Of a stretch of DNA of 64,000 nucleotides, positions 9,591-23,200 are shown one piece after another; positions within the stretch are counted from its first letter, which is position 1; each line of letters begins with the position of its first letter. The DNA is from Phoronis australis (taxonomy: Eukaryota > Animalia > Phoronida): NCBI GenBank assembly GCA_002633005.1, contig NMRA01000429.1, forward strand, positions 305,532-369,531, in the 5' to 3' direction. The notes beneath the pieces are model-generated. The model was given only the letters and a program-made list of their open reading frames with translations. It was not told the origin of the DNA and searched no databases. A program made the translations under genes and the position numbers.

Positions 9591-12500
9591 TGTCCCCGTT
9601 TCAAAAGATGGTGTGTACAACTACAAACATTTTTTTTCTTTTTTAACCAAACTTAACATATTTACAACTTAACTAAACGCGTTCGTAATACAACTCTCCC
9701 ACAAACATACTTTTAGGACCTCACTCAAATCCTAGACAAAATAACAGCAATAATATTATCCTTTCCTCTGATATGTCAAACATCAAGGTTGAGCTCCTGC
9801 ACAATGAGACTCCATCTAAGTATTCTCAGATTTTTCCCTTCATCTTATTTAAAAATATGGCCGGTTGTGATCAGTATATACAATCAACCGTGAACTCATA
9901 GACAAAACATAAACTTCGGGAGTGCTGAAACACCAAAATCAATGCGAAAGCCTCCTTTTCAATGGTTGAATAACAGCGCTGGTTCCTACTGAATTTCGTA
10001 GAATAATAGCACACAGAGTGATCTATGTCATGACCATCTTCCTGTAACAAAACCACCTGCTCCAACATCAAAAGCATCAACAGCCAACTTTGGCATGCAT
10101 CGGTCTACACAAACTTCACTTTACTTGAAGTCAAACTAGTCAAAGGTAATACAACCTCGGAATAATTTCTACAAAACCGTCTATAGAAACCGGCCATTCA
10201 CAGGAATCTAGACAAAATAGCACTTCCCCTCTTCCAGCAACTTGACCTAAAAACGTCACACATGCATGACCGGGATCACTTTAGCCAAATTGAAAGATAA
10301 TTTAGCATCACACAAACGCTGGAAAAGTTGCCTCAAATCACACAAATGTGCATCCCAAGTAGGACTACTAACTATAATGTCATCAAAGTAAACTTGGACG
10401 TTAGGTAAACCATTCAATACAGTATTCATCAATTCCTGAAAAGTCGCAGCAGCAGTTTTCATACCGCACGGCATAATACAATACTGCCGCAAACCATCAG
10501 GGGTTGCAAATGCAGACAACTCTAGCTCGCGCACTAAGCGGAACCTGCCAATACCATTTTTAAAAGGGTATTGTTAAAACATATCAAACTTAATTATAAA
10601 TTCTGCATTTCCAGCACGATTAATGCAATCGTCAACCCTCGGAACAGAGTACGCATCACCCTTGGTCACCAAGTTCAATTTTCTGAAATCAGTCACAAAT
10701 CTTACAGACTTGTCAGGCTTCGGAACAGGGATACATGGATAACTCCAATTACTCTGACTAGGTTCAATGATTCCATTATCCAACATATACTGAACCTCAT
10801 TTTTCATTAACTCTAACTTGGGGGGAGAAATTCTATAAGGGTGCTGCTTAACAGGATCAGCATCTCCAACATCGACATCATGAAACAACAGTTTTTCTAG
10901 TCACATCTGGAAACAATTAACTGAATTCCCTTAAGAGACTTTGAAGCGCGTGTCGCTGATCAACACTCAAATGACTCAATTTCTCTTGCAAGTTGCTAAG
11001 AAACTGAGAGTCGCAGAACTTGAGCGAAATACCTATAAAGCAGGTCCTTCAAAATCATAACCCGAATCAACAGTTGCAACAGTTTTATCAACATGATCAC
11101 CAGACTTTTCACGATACTCTTTAAGCATGTTTACATGACAAATGAGTCGGGCAAAACGTCAAATTCAATACCAAGTACCAAATGTGTACTAACTGCCAAA
11201 TGGGCAAATATCAAACAAAGTACCAAGTGGGTACACCAAACAGCCAACTGGGGTATAACAACCTGCAAATCAGGTTCCGGACAAGCTGAGTGAGCAGACC
11301 AGCCGCAGTGATAAAAAGAGATATTGTAAGAAACGTGGTGTTGTGGCTCAGTATGTGCCACATGGGCAGGGTTGTTCATGGATGAACAATCCTGTCCACC
11401 GCCACAACCCTCTCCACCATATACGGTCCAGAAAATTTAGCATTCAAAGAATCCCCAGGCATTGGTAACAGAACCAACACTTTGTCACTTGGACTAAAAT
11501 GCCTGTCACGGTCAATGCAAGTTTTCATAGATATCTGAGCATCTTTCAGATGCTTATGAGCCACGGTTCTAACCTCAAACAACCTATCTTCCAAATCTGA
11601 CACATAGCTCAATAAATCCACTGGGGGTATCTTTCACTCAACCACGTTTCTTTCAACAGTTTAAGCGCACCACGGGGTTGACGCCCAAAAATCAAATCAA
11701 ATAGGCTAAAACCCAGAGAATATTGTATTGTTTCCCTGTGCGCAAACAGTAAAAGTGGAACACCATCATCCCAATTCTCTTCATGAGACAAACAGTAAGC
11801 CCTTGACATTGTCTTAAAAGTTTGATAAAATCTTCCAAGAGCACCTTGAGATTCAGGGAGATAAGCGCTGGAAATGGTCAATTTTCAACAAATACATCAG
11901 ATGCTGAAAAACGCCAGGCATAAAATTTGACCCTTGGTCAGATTGAATTGACTTAAGAACGCCAACTAAAGTAAGGAACTTTACCAAAGCCTTTACTACT
12001 TCTATTTTCCTTAACGGAATAGCTTCAGAAAAACGTGTGGGATAATACATTACTGTCAATAAATACTGGTTGCCCGTTTTTATTTTTGGCAATGGACGTA
12101 TACAATCGACAATGACATGACTAAATGGCTCGCCGAACACCGGAATTGGTTTTAATGGAGCTTCAGAGATAACTTGATTTGGCTTTCCCACCAACTGGCA
12201 CAAATGACAAGTTCTACGAAAATTCCTAACATCTCTATCAATACCGCGCCAAAACAAATGACTCAGAACACGATCTTTGCATGAGCGCACCCAAGGTGGG
12301 CTCGGAGGGGCTCGAACGAGTCCCCCTCTCACATTTTGGCGAAGTGGGCATAAAGGTCCGCCTCAGAGAAAGAAAAAGGTCCTAGGAAAACGAGACAAAC
12401 GTCCACTAAAAAGGCACAGACACACAGCTCACAGTACTGAAGATGGTCCCCCGTTTTTTTAGTCATCCAGCTTTTTGTTAGCAAAAGGTCCACTTGGTCA

Positions 12501-13500
12501 GAAATTCGAACCCCAACAAACTAAAGGCTGGGTGCGCGCATGCTTTGGTCTTATTAATTGCAAAGTGACCAGCCATAGGTCCTTCATGAGCCAAATACAG
12601 CACCTCCTGGCCGTATTGCCTAAGAAATACTACATGTAACTGGTGCAGTACATGCAAAATATCAAAAGAAAAAACGTCAGATGGTCTCCATTTACGCATT
12701 AAGAAACCATTTTTCAGATAATAACCGACAGCAACTTTATCCTTTATCAGCCTCTTCTTCCAAAACAGCGTGACTATACGCTAGATCATCGTCTTGCTGA
12801 AGTTCCATAAGCTTAGAGCGCGAATACCTGCCAGTACAATCAGACACAGCCTCAAACTGCTGAACTATGAAAGTACAGTGTATCTGACAAATCAGAATTA
12901 TAATACACGTCGCACTCACTTTACGCAGCTGCCTTAGCCTTAGCTTCAGTAAGTACACAGGACGATGTTGAATTATCACAATCATATACAGGGATAGGTC
13001 CATCGACATCACAGGTTTAACAGTCACGTTACTACCTATAACATCATTTCCTTGCAACAAGAGTTATACCGCGAACGGGCATAGAGGGCACAACACCTGC
13101 AGAAATGTGCCGTAAACAAATCTGACGTGGGCAAAACTTCTTGCTGAGGTACACTGCAGCTACCACCGATGCCAGAAAGGGAAACTCGAATCTCAGAGGA
13201 GATAAACTCAGACGAAGGAACCACGCCCTCCAACAACAAAGTCTGAGCAGATGCAATATCCCGCAAAATCACGACAGGCCAACTTTGGTAATAGTGGGAG
13301 CGGACCTTTTGAAGTGCAGATGCAGGATTTTGTCCAGAGGGTCCGAAAATGGACCGGCATGCACTGTAGGTGGTGCGCGGGATTCTTAGACCATTTTGAT
13401 GTTCAAAAACTGACCAAGCAGGGGATTTTGGGCCCACTTTAAAGCAAAATTTGCTTCTCTGAAGTATGATGCGGTGAAAGGGTTTATTATTAACTCATCG
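9591..13500 (-). mobile_element. Decayed Gypsy/Ty3-superfamily LTR retrotransposon internal region
   Basis: Protease-like VVILRDIASAQTLL; integrase (AHEGPMAGHF, FSHVIVDCIRPLP, IQSDQGSNF, KFSGPY); RT (PVKQHPYR, DFRKLN, VYFDDIIV); RNase H (YSTIEKEAFAL); many frameshifts; 5' LTR not found. Confidence 0.92.
12280..12542. mobile_element. MITE inserted in Gypsy integrase, 5-bp TSD CTTTG
   Basis: TIRs CATGAGCGCACCCA...TGGGTGCGCGCATG; CTTTG at 12275-12279 and 12543-12547; removal restores NKTKDRVLSH. Confidence 0.9.
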
Positions 13501-13939
13501 GTGCATTATATTTGACTTTTTGAGCTCTTTAATCCTATAATAGTTTTTCACTGTTGCACCCGCAAAAACTGAAAATCCTTAAAGAAAAGATCTGTCCGAC
13601 AGCTTCCCGTGGTCTCCGGTAGCAACACGAATGATATTTATTTGTTTAGCATCTTGCGCGTTAGATAATTGCTCAACCGAATAGCGCAACCTAGAGTCTC
13701 TTAATCTAACTGACCGTCACAGATTGACAGAAAACTGTGTAACTGGGTTATGTAAAAACTGACTACCCAAAACTAAGAACGAGGCCAGATTTTTGGGCTC
13801 AACAAAGACAGTAGCAGCAGGTGAAAACTAGCTCATGATCCAAAATTTTTCGATAAAAGATTTGGGACTCTCTCCAACCACTCTTCCGGCCCTCTCTTCC
13901 AGTTACCTAATGGTTCCCCCATCACTCGCTCTTACTTCA

Positions 13940-14125
13940 CTCGCCACCTTAACTTGGTACTTGGGTGCGTCGGTCTCGATCCTCAACGCTATAAATCCCA
14001 TAGTTTTCGTATCGGTGCAGCCACCTCCGCTGCTACCCTCCAAATTCCGGACTCCGCAGTCCAGCGTATGGGTCGCTGGAAGTCTGACGCGCTCAAGAAC
14101 TACATTCGTCTCTCCTCCTTAAACT
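13940..14125 (+). mobile_element. Tyrosine recombinase C-terminal fragment (DIRS/Ngaro or Crypton relic)
   Basis: YKSHSFRIGAATSAA...MGRWKSDALKNYIR carries the HxxR, W and catalytic Y motifs. Confidence 0.9.
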
Positions 14126-14990
14126 TGCCCGATGCTAACGTTCCCACTCCTTCATTGCCATGATCATCCACCACCCAGGGGCAGCTCTACAGTCAGTGCT
14201 TCCCCTTCTTACACTGCCACTTCATCCTGGGGCATCTGTATTGCCAGTGCCCCCCCCCTCACTCACCACTCCCTTTTCATCGCGGGGCAACTGTATTGCC
14301 AGTGTCCCATTCATAGGCACCTGTATTGCCGGTGTCTCTTTCACTCACACCATTTCTCACCCTCGGACGCCTGTATTGGCAGTGTCCTAATTCCCTTATT
14401 CCCCATTTTCATTGGCATGTCCTTTCCACTCACCTTTTTGGGGTTCTCCCTCCCGGGCAGTCTTTCCCGCCCCTTTTATATTTGTTGTTGGTTTACCTCA
14501 TGCCCTATTATGGGTTATTCTATACTTAGCATTTTTTTCCATACTTTTTATAGGTTTACTTTTGCCGGGGCCTCCTTTTGCTGTTGCTTATCTGTATGTT
14601 GTTTGTACATGTCACCGTTTTTGTTTACTTATACCTATATTCACCTCTTTCACGAACGCGGGGCGCTGCTGTCGTGTTGATCGAAAACGAGGCGCCTTGA
14701 CAAACATGGCATCGTCCTGCAAGGTGGTGTGGTCAAAAGACTTATCAAAGTTGAAGTTGTCTGATGTTGAATCGATCTCCAAAAAACATACCAATACTTA
14801 CGGCAACTAGACTTTTACCCTCCTCAGCCATTCCTTAGTAGTTTTCCCTCTTTTGAAAAAGTGTGGAAGTCAGGGATATACGCAGGCTTTTAGTCTTGAA
14901 AAACCCTGCTCGGGCCAGCTGGGCGAGTGCCGGAGCCAGAAAATCTACTCGCCAAGCCCGAAGTTCGGTCACCCGGCCGTTGGCGTCAGT

Positions 14991-15700
14991 TTTTTTTTTT
15001 GTTTATTACGAAATCTTCAGAATACAATGAATATTCATAACCCAGAAAGCGCCAAGAGGCATTAGATCTGGGTAAAAAACTACAAAGAAGTGTACATACA
15101 ATGATTACATACAAATACATAAATAAAAAAACTGATTTTAAGAATACAATGATATATGACAACGAATGAAAATAATTTATTTTCATACAGATGTATAAAA
15201 TTCTATCCACTCACACAAAGAGATTTAATGTTATAAAGAAATTCTGATACTATTTCAAATAAAACCATATTTTCGTTTGAGTTAAGTTCTTGACATCCAT
15301 ATAGAAAGAAATTAATTTTGTTGTACAATTGCGGAACTTCAGAGTATTTTTTATAAACATTGGGGTATTGTTCGAGTGCCTGGAAGAGCTGTACCCTCTC
15401 CTTGCATACCTCACAAGCAAAGAAAACATGAGGATATGTCTGGGTATCTCCACAGGAACACAGAGCCGAAATATTATTAAAATTATGTCTAAATTTCTCG
15501 TTGTTTAGGAATAGACCACATCTTGATCTGTATAGGGTTATTTCATGGTTGCGGGGAAGTTGGAATGATGTCAATGGGACTGGCAAGTCTGGAGTAGTGG
15601 TACATGTATGCATTTTAAAGTTATTTTTGAGAGTGACGATTGAAGTGCTTTCTTTTATTTTGAATGGTAAGGAATTCCAGTTGTCAATACAAGTTAAAAT
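14991..15700 (-). mobile_element. 5'-truncated LINE with poly(A) tail and 13-bp TSD
   Basis: CGTTGGCGTCAGT at 14978-14990 and 15701-15713; T-run at 14991-15000; ORF 15203-15613 with CSCG...HVFFAC zinc knuckle. Confidence 0.9.
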
Positions 15701-15783
15701 CGTTGGCGTCAGTCACCACAAACTTGCTGCTAATTTAAATAAAAATCATCGTTTCGTGCACTGATGTCACCGTCTATTAGGGC

Positions 15784-16893
15784 TACCGTATTCGCTCTAA
15801 TAAGCGCCCAGGGGGACTCTTTTTGTAGCCTACGGCAGTTAAAATCTGGTCTCGGAAACGGGTGAAATCGGAAGCTAGGATTCATCAAATTTACGCGCTG
15901 TGACGTATGTGTAACCTATGACAGACTAGCTACAAAACTGTGGTGCATTGCTATCAAACTCTGTTGTTAAATTACGATCTTTTTAAAATTAATGTGCTGA
16001 AATCCCAGGGCGAAAACTTGCCGACTGATGCGTCGCTGCTTCGCGATCGTCGATATATAGGACAACTTGAATTCTTGAGTAAAAATAGTTTTGACTCAAA
16101 TTACCTGAAATCCTCCCAAATGGCCTTTCCTAAGATTCTTAAGTTCCTGTGGACTCGGAGTCGGGATTAACCGCAGATTAAGTCAAAATCTGCGCTAGAT
16201 CGCACCCCGCAAAGAGAAAAATCTGGACCATTACATATGTTGTTGTCACGTGATGTTTGTATTGAAGTGAGTCAGCTGGTGTGCACCGAGTGAGCGAGAG
16301 CGTGCGTGTCATCAGTGTTCATTTGCCTGAGTATAGCAGGCCCAATGAGCTGTATATGTAGTACATTTATCTCATTGAGCAGGCCCACATGTTATATGTG
16401 GGCCCTAGCCCGCGCTTCTTGGCCAAGTTTCGATTCGCGGTTTTCATAATTTTTCGTGTTCAAAGCAATCTGGATTCCTATTGTGGGAGAAGATCTGTAC
16501 GGGAAAGATACAATACCAATCCCGTTGACCTGAGTACGCTGCGTCTGTTCTGATCAGGGCCAGACCATATAGTGTGACACTTTCCTCGCAAGATTAGCAA
16601 ATCTTTTGCGTTCTTTTTGAAGCACTGCGGAATGGTTTGAAGTGTACAGCCACGGCTAAATACCAACATAGCGGCGAGGCTCGTGGTCTACTAGAAATTC
16701 TGCGCACAATGATTTTTCAGAACTGTCGGATATTATTGATAAATTGAATACATTTACTGTAGAATTTTAGAACTGTGAGGTAAGACATTTTTCGCACTGA
16801 TATATCCACATTCATGGACTGGGCGCTTATTTTAGCGAAGTCTGAAAACGAGTGGGGACGCTTATAGGGGCATGGGCGCTTATTAGGACGAAT
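15784..16893. mobile_element. Non-autonomous Tc1/pogo-like element
   Basis: TACCGTATTCGCTCTAATAAGCGCCC at left; inverted GGGCGCTTATTAGGACGAAT at right (terminus eroded). Confidence 0.6.
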
Positions 16894-18851
16894 GTTATAA
16901 AATAATTTTGGCTAAAATGACATTTTACATTACAATAAGAAATCAGTTCCAAGAAATATGGTATTTCATTTGCTATGAGCACATGGACCGGTCTTCCACC
17001 TTTCTCCCCTTTTCTTCGTTTCGCCGGGACTAGTCCACAAATTCTTTGTGCACGACCACACACTGTGTTTTTTGACGAATCGCGTAACAGGTAACATATA
17101 CTAAATCGGTAGAGTTGCACTGCGCCGATGTTTTTTACTGCCGGAGCATCGACACGATGACCAAATTGAACCTTAAATTCATGATAAAAACAGCACAAGG
17201 AGGAGGAAAATTATTCATATTCATCTGGGAAACGATATTTAGTGCTTTTGCGCTCTGAAATTCGCTCGCCACCGGGCGACCGGCAAGTCAACTTCTACTC
17301 GCCCAGCACCAATTTTACTCGCATTGGCGACTGGGCGAGTGGCTAAGTATATCCCTGGGAAGGATACCGACGAGTTATTACTGGAATTGGTACGTTCAGG
17401 CTCTGCACAGTACACCATGGCCAGCTGATGATCACACACGAGGGTTTATCATTGTGCCTCGTTTTTGATCAGTAATTAAAGATGGCGCGGAAAGATGGCG
17501 CTTTCGTGAAATAGGTGAATAGACAGCATGCTATTGGTAGGTTGATATGTCCCTTATGTATATTCCTTAATTTTAATCTATTCATGTTAGCTTTATATCC
17601 CACTGGGTTTCAATTACTATGGTTTCGCCACCTTGTTTTGTCGCTCCATGATTTTGTTTTTATTGAATCATGCTACCTAGCTGTACTACTCCATGTTTGC
17701 ATTTTCCTTTTACGGGCCCCCGTTTTCTTATGCTACTTTTGTCAGCCTCGCTCGCTCTCCCTTGGGTGGGCGGATGCATCCTTCTGCTGCATCTGTGGCA
17801 GATTGTCACCCACCTTTACAGTTCAACATGTTATATAACTTTTGTAATTACTGATATCTGTAGTAGTTTAGTTTGTCATAATATATGTGACCTTTTATCT
17901 CAACTACACGTGTTGTTTCACTGTAAACTAGCTTCGGTATCGCTTCGCAGTTAGCGCATATAATAATAAATAAAATGCCATTTTATAGCTTTAAATGGAG
18001 TCACGGAAAAATCAATAACTCCATCCAAACTAGTTTTCTTTTCTTTCCATTCTCGTCATTTTTGCTATGGTGCGAAGCGATGATGTGTTGTTGCTGACGA
18101 GAAGCACCAACTTCCCAATACTTTTGATTGCAATTTTTAAGAAAAGGCGCAAAATGGTCGTAAAAAAGGTTTTAAAAACGGGAATTGATCTTAAATTGGC
18201 TTATGCTATTGTGCAAAGTACCATTTTTCAAGGAAGATTCAAGGCTATGATACCAAATATTTTGGTCTCATCGGTATGTTGACACATGAATTCAGCTGTC
18301 AGAAATGCACTTTCGAAAAACGGCTTTATCGAAGAGTATAATAAGCACTGGAAACAATTATCCTACGTCTTCTCCGGTGAGCATAGATTGGTTAAAAACA
18401 ACTTCGTGCGCATACGTGTAGGCTTGTGTGTATTAATGTTCTTTCCCAATATACATGTACATACGCTGTGCATATTTTTGATTTATAAAATAAATATAAA
18501 AAACTCCCAGAGAAGTTTCAGTTCAGGAAGTTGACATTTTAATGACCTTGTATTTTCAGATATGCCATTAATTTCTACTTCGAAGTAACTGAAAACGAGA
18601 AGAGATGTCTTGGTCTTTGGAAATTTAACACAAGTTATTTACGCGATGTCAATCATATCAACGAAGTATTAAGTGTGTCGACTTTCATATTAATAGTTAT
18701 TGTCATATTAAACACAAAAATTAGTATGGGAACTAATTTAAATGGAAATCAGAAAAAATCCAATCTTGTATTTTATGGAAAAGAAGTTGCAAATAAGAGG
18801 GAATCAGATGAAATCCTTCTATAGCTCCGCATATACATGCTCCAAGTTTAC

Positions 18852-19823
18852 TTAATTTCCTCTTATGTTTTGTCTTATAGATTGTAGCACCTTCAAGAAT
18901 TCTGTGCGCACCGATTTGTTGATCATTCCATACACAACAGGGTTAAGGAAGTTGCAAGAGTTATACAGAGGCAGTGAGACCAACTCTACTTCACGCGCAA
19001 GTTCTTTTTCAGGTGCATACATTTTCGCCATACGCGAGCCCACATACGGAAATAACGATAGAATATAACAAGACGTAATACCGAATAACACTATCGACGC
19101 CTTCATTTGCGACCTCAGTTGTCTCTGTTTCTCTTTCCCTTCCGAGTCTGCGGCCAAAGGCACTGGAACTTTCGAGAGTTTCCTGGACTCTCTGAAAATT
19201 CGTACGTAACACCAGCACATAACAAGAGATGTTGGAAAGAAAATCGCTCCCATTACAGCAACAACTGTCCTAGTTCCAACATCCTTGTCACGTCGACTCC
19301 AGTCAAGTTGACAGGCATTTAGATAAGAGTCAAATTCGTACTTGCCGAAACCAAACAAAGGCGGACACGTGATTATCACAGGTACCACCCATGATGCAAC
19401 TATCATCCACTTTGTCAGGCGGTTATTTATTTTTAAATGATAATGCATTGGCTTTACGCATGCGTAGAAACGCTCAATGCTGATGCACAAGAGAGTCGTC
19501 ATGGATTGAATTCCTAAGCAATTCTGAAGAAATCCGATAACACTACAAAGAATTTCACTGTTCTGAAGCATCTCAACGCCGTATACGGTTATCCACAGTG
19601 TAATGGGAAAAGATATATCTCCTATAGCCAAATTGGATACAAGATAATACCCAGGAGAGTGTAATGGATAACGAGAGTAAACAGTGTAAAGCAACAAGAT
19701 GTTAGACGGAACTGTCAGAAGAGTTGTAGCTGTGTAGTAGACTTGGTACCATAAAAGGTTTTCTGGACTGGTAGAGGAATCGTTTCTGCTCAATGGCATG
19801 CTGAGGAACTCTGTAAAATTCAT
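18852..19823 (-). CDS. Intronless rhodopsin-class (class A) orphan GPCR, paralog 1
   Basis: Seven hydrophobic segments, SNLAIGD (TM2), ISIERF (TM3), WVVP (TM4), LNPVVYG (TM7); start assumed at MNFT, frame open to 19922. Confidence 0.93.
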   Translation of the reverse strand: MNFTEFLSMPLSRNDSSTSPENLLWYQVYYTATTLLTVPSNILLLYTVYSRYPLHSPGYYLVSNLAIGDISFPITLWITVYGVEMLQNSEILCSVIGFLQNCLGIQSMTTLLCISIERFYACVKPMHYHLKINNRLTKWMIVASWVVPVIITCPPLFGFGKYEFDSYLNACQLDWSRRDKDVGTRTVVAVMGAIFFPTSLVMCWCYVRIFRESRKLSKVPVPLAADSEGKEKQRQLRSQMKASIVLFGITSCYILSLFPYVGSRMAKMYAPEKELAREVELVSLPLYNSCNFLNPVVYGMINKSVRTEFLKVLQSIRQNIRGN

Positions 19824-20192
19824 GATGTTGTGAATTTGTTGGCTTCGGGATCTGAAAAACATTTTGATAGCATTAAACTCGATATGCATAGTTTTCCTGC
19901 TTTGAATTACATGTTGAGTCATAATAAAACGCCAAGTATTACTGCGACATTTGTCATACTTCTTTTCACTTTCGATTTATACAATTTAGATCGCAGCGAC
20001 AAATCAAGTAAATTAGATAAATAAATAAAATTGCGTTGTTGCTCTGCGAAATACAGTTTTTACTCAAAAACTTTAGAGCGTGACAAGTTCACAACTATAT
20101 AGTGATGGACAAATACCATTGTAAACGTTATCATGCTGTGCAATATTTCAGAACAGTATTGTATATAGATTATCATTTACATATATAAAGAT

Positions 20193-20265
20193 TATTGAAT
20201 GGCGAAGTCGTTATACCCCGTTATCTAGAGCCCGAGTGGATTTTGGACAATTATCGCCCGATGGG
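20193..20265. repeat. Partial copy of the palindromic element at 34271-34420
   Basis: Shared TGGCGAAGTCGTTAT...TTATCTAGAGCCCGAGTGGATTTTGGA. Confidence 0.75.
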
Positions 20266-23200
20266 GCATTTGAAGTTTTGTCTTTTTACAAATCTGTCCT
20301 CAATTGGATCACCTGGTCATGTCTTTTAGTAAAATTTAACAAAAAAATGAAAGCTACATCGATAGCAAAACATTCCATTTGGATTACCATAATTACACCC
20401 CTATAGGCATACTGTTTGCATTTCTCTTGTTTCTGTAATTGGTGCTCTTAAGCCAATCATAGTGATCTTCCAACGCGTCATATAGTGGTGAGGTTGCGAC
20501 CCCGATAGACTTCGCGTTTACCTGTATCTGACTTCCGGCATATATTTTCCTGTGTGATGGCGTATGCTATACTCCCTTGTTTACTTATGCTGTGTACTAC
20601 AATAGAGCTATGTTTTGAAAGATCGGGAACATTGAAATAAGCTCCTAAAGTTGTCGAGCACGTCAACGGTCAGCCACGCCCCCAAGCCTAAAAATGGCGA
20701 TGCTCAAAAACAGATCAGCGCTATCTTGAGGCATGCGGCCCAGGCTGCTCAATGGCAGACGATAGTAGCGAAACCGTTGGCGCTGGGGAGATAATTATCT
20801 TCGCCTGTTGGTGTGGAAAAGTCTATAGATGACAGATTTTATAAAAAATGGGCCGTGCCAGTCCTTCATCAATTTTTTAAGTTCGACAAGGATAGCGCAG
20901 ATGATAAGAGTTCAGGGTACACTAATGTTTGCAAGACGCAAAATAACAAAACCTTCGACTTCGTTATGGACAAGCTCTGAGTCAGGCGAATGCGAAGCAA
21001 CCAACCTGAATACAAGTGATGGTACGCTTAAAACCAAAAAATTCAGGAAGAAATAGCTTTTGCCAATGTGCCGGAGATTTTTCTGGTGAATAATTCCAAA
21101 AATATGGAAGACTGGGAACATCAATAGCTTCAAATAAAGCCAATCTATTATCCATTCAATGCCATTTAATTTGATATTAACATGTATGCAGCCAGCATTT
21201 TGTACATGTTCATTTATCAAACCTACACATTAGCATGATACATGCACTTTTATGACAAAAAATTAAAGGTGCTTATTTCACAAAACTTCGTATTGCTCTC
21301 AAGAATTTTGTTCTGTTTTACGAAAAAAATATTTCAAGATTGTATGGGTCATGTGGCTTCATTGTCGATCCCTTTTTTGCGGCGAGATAAACTGAATTCG
21401 ATAAAACACACAATAAAGGGCTTCGAGCAACACTCGCTTAGGTTTTAAGACACTCCACTCAAGGGTCCACCATTTCGTAATGCCAACAACTGATATTTCA
21501 TTTTTAACTTTTTTGGTTTTGAAGCGCCTGCATCAGTATAACACTACCAGCGTATAAGTATGATGTGTACGACTACTGTTCTTGTTCTTTGATTTGGTGA
21601 TATTAAGTGGACTTTGCCATCAGTTATTTCTCCATTAGGCCTAAATTAACTTCGTTTATTCTTCTGTGACAGACTGTTGTGCACCATTCGAAGCATTTTA
21701 TTTGCAAGCTGTCAAAAGAACTATGTAATGTGAATACGAGAAGATTTGAAGCGAAATGAGCTCATCTTACCACTAATAGAAAAAATTCGATGAGAGTATT
21801 TAACAATCTCCTGGACGGAATATTGTTGAGTTTTCTGATACCGTAAACTATAGCTCGGATAATCTGTCACTTTCGGAACCGAGGCGAAAACGACGAGTTG
21901 TAAGTTTGACGGTTTATCCGTACCAACTTTGAAGACGTGCTGAACAGAATTGCTAGTTACATTTCTTATACGTGCCTGAATTAGCTTGGCGATAGCCGCA
22001 ACTTCACATAACCAAATCGCCCAACACATTGGGTTAATTTATGTAACAGTAAAGTATCTATTTTGAATTTACTTTCTAAAGTTAAAACTCATTTTGATGC
22101 GTGTCCCTTGAATTCACACAATACTCGGAAACGTTTCACATGCGACATGTATTTTTAAAGAGTGGGGATAATGAACGACAAAATGATCCATTGCAATGTG
22201 ATCGTCTGAATATCGACTCAAGCTAGAATTCGTGACCTTGGCCTTGCTTTATGCCACGAGTCATTAATTAATCAGCAAGAAATGAAGATGACAACTTCAG
22301 ATATGTAAATTAATAATATCACCCCACAAATGTAAATTTGCTGTCATTTTCATAGGAAGCAGGTGTTGCAGATTTGATTTGCTCACACTGAAAGCTATCA
22401 AATTACTGTTAGACACTTTGTGAGAACTGAATAAACTGTCACTAGTTTTGAAAAATTAAGTACGCAGCTTATCCCTACCCCTCGCCGCTAAGAAATTTGC
22501 CACACTACATCCAAGTACGTGACCCTCCCTTGATCGACATTTCAATGAAAGTAGAATGTAAACCCATTATATGTTCTGGGCTAAGAGATGGGGGTTAACT
22601 GAAAAGACGGAATAAATGAATGGAATTGGGAACGGTGAGCTACATATATTCAAATATTGTTGACAAAACGCGACTTCAAATCTAAAATGATGGTTTATAC
22701 TATGTCGGATAACCTTAAAGGCAGGTATGTCGTGCTTTCGCCGCAATCATGAGCTCATAATGAATACCTTTTCAAACGTTAAGAGGTGCAGTGGACGATA
22801 TACATGTACGAATAGAAGATATTTGAGAGCAGTACGTGTATTTTGTGAGTCGAGGAAACGGCAGTTTGACTGAATGTATAGATACACAAATGTAGTTGAT
22901 GAGAACGGAACACAGTTCCTTACAGCTGCACAGTGGTTGATTAGAAAAGAACTGCAGCTCATGAGAAAAGAAGTGTTTGTAACTGTTTATTTCATCTAAC
23001 AGACGGAACATTAAGTAATACATTTGGGTTATGAGGGGTTAAAATAGTCTACTGTGTTTCAGACATTTATTATCTCAATAACAATTGGAAATCAATCCTA
23101 GAAAGAGTAAATAAACCCACTTTGACGAGAAGTTGAAGAACGCAAAAATATCATTCGCTGAAATATATCATCAGATGTGTGTGTTTTTCGTGTTCAAACC

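Larger units (their letters stand above)
14871..17357. mobile_element. Non-autonomous DNA transposon hosting nested insertions
   Basis: TIRs CAGGGATATAC...GTATATCCCTG; subterminal GGGCGAGT/ACTCGCC repeats at both ends; flanks GGAAGT/GGAAGG. Confidence 0.75.

Noticed and set aside
14132-14810. Several overlapping plus-strand ORFs up to 182 aa
   Set aside because: Pyrimidine-rich low-complexity sequence downstream of the recombinase relic with no recognisable motifs
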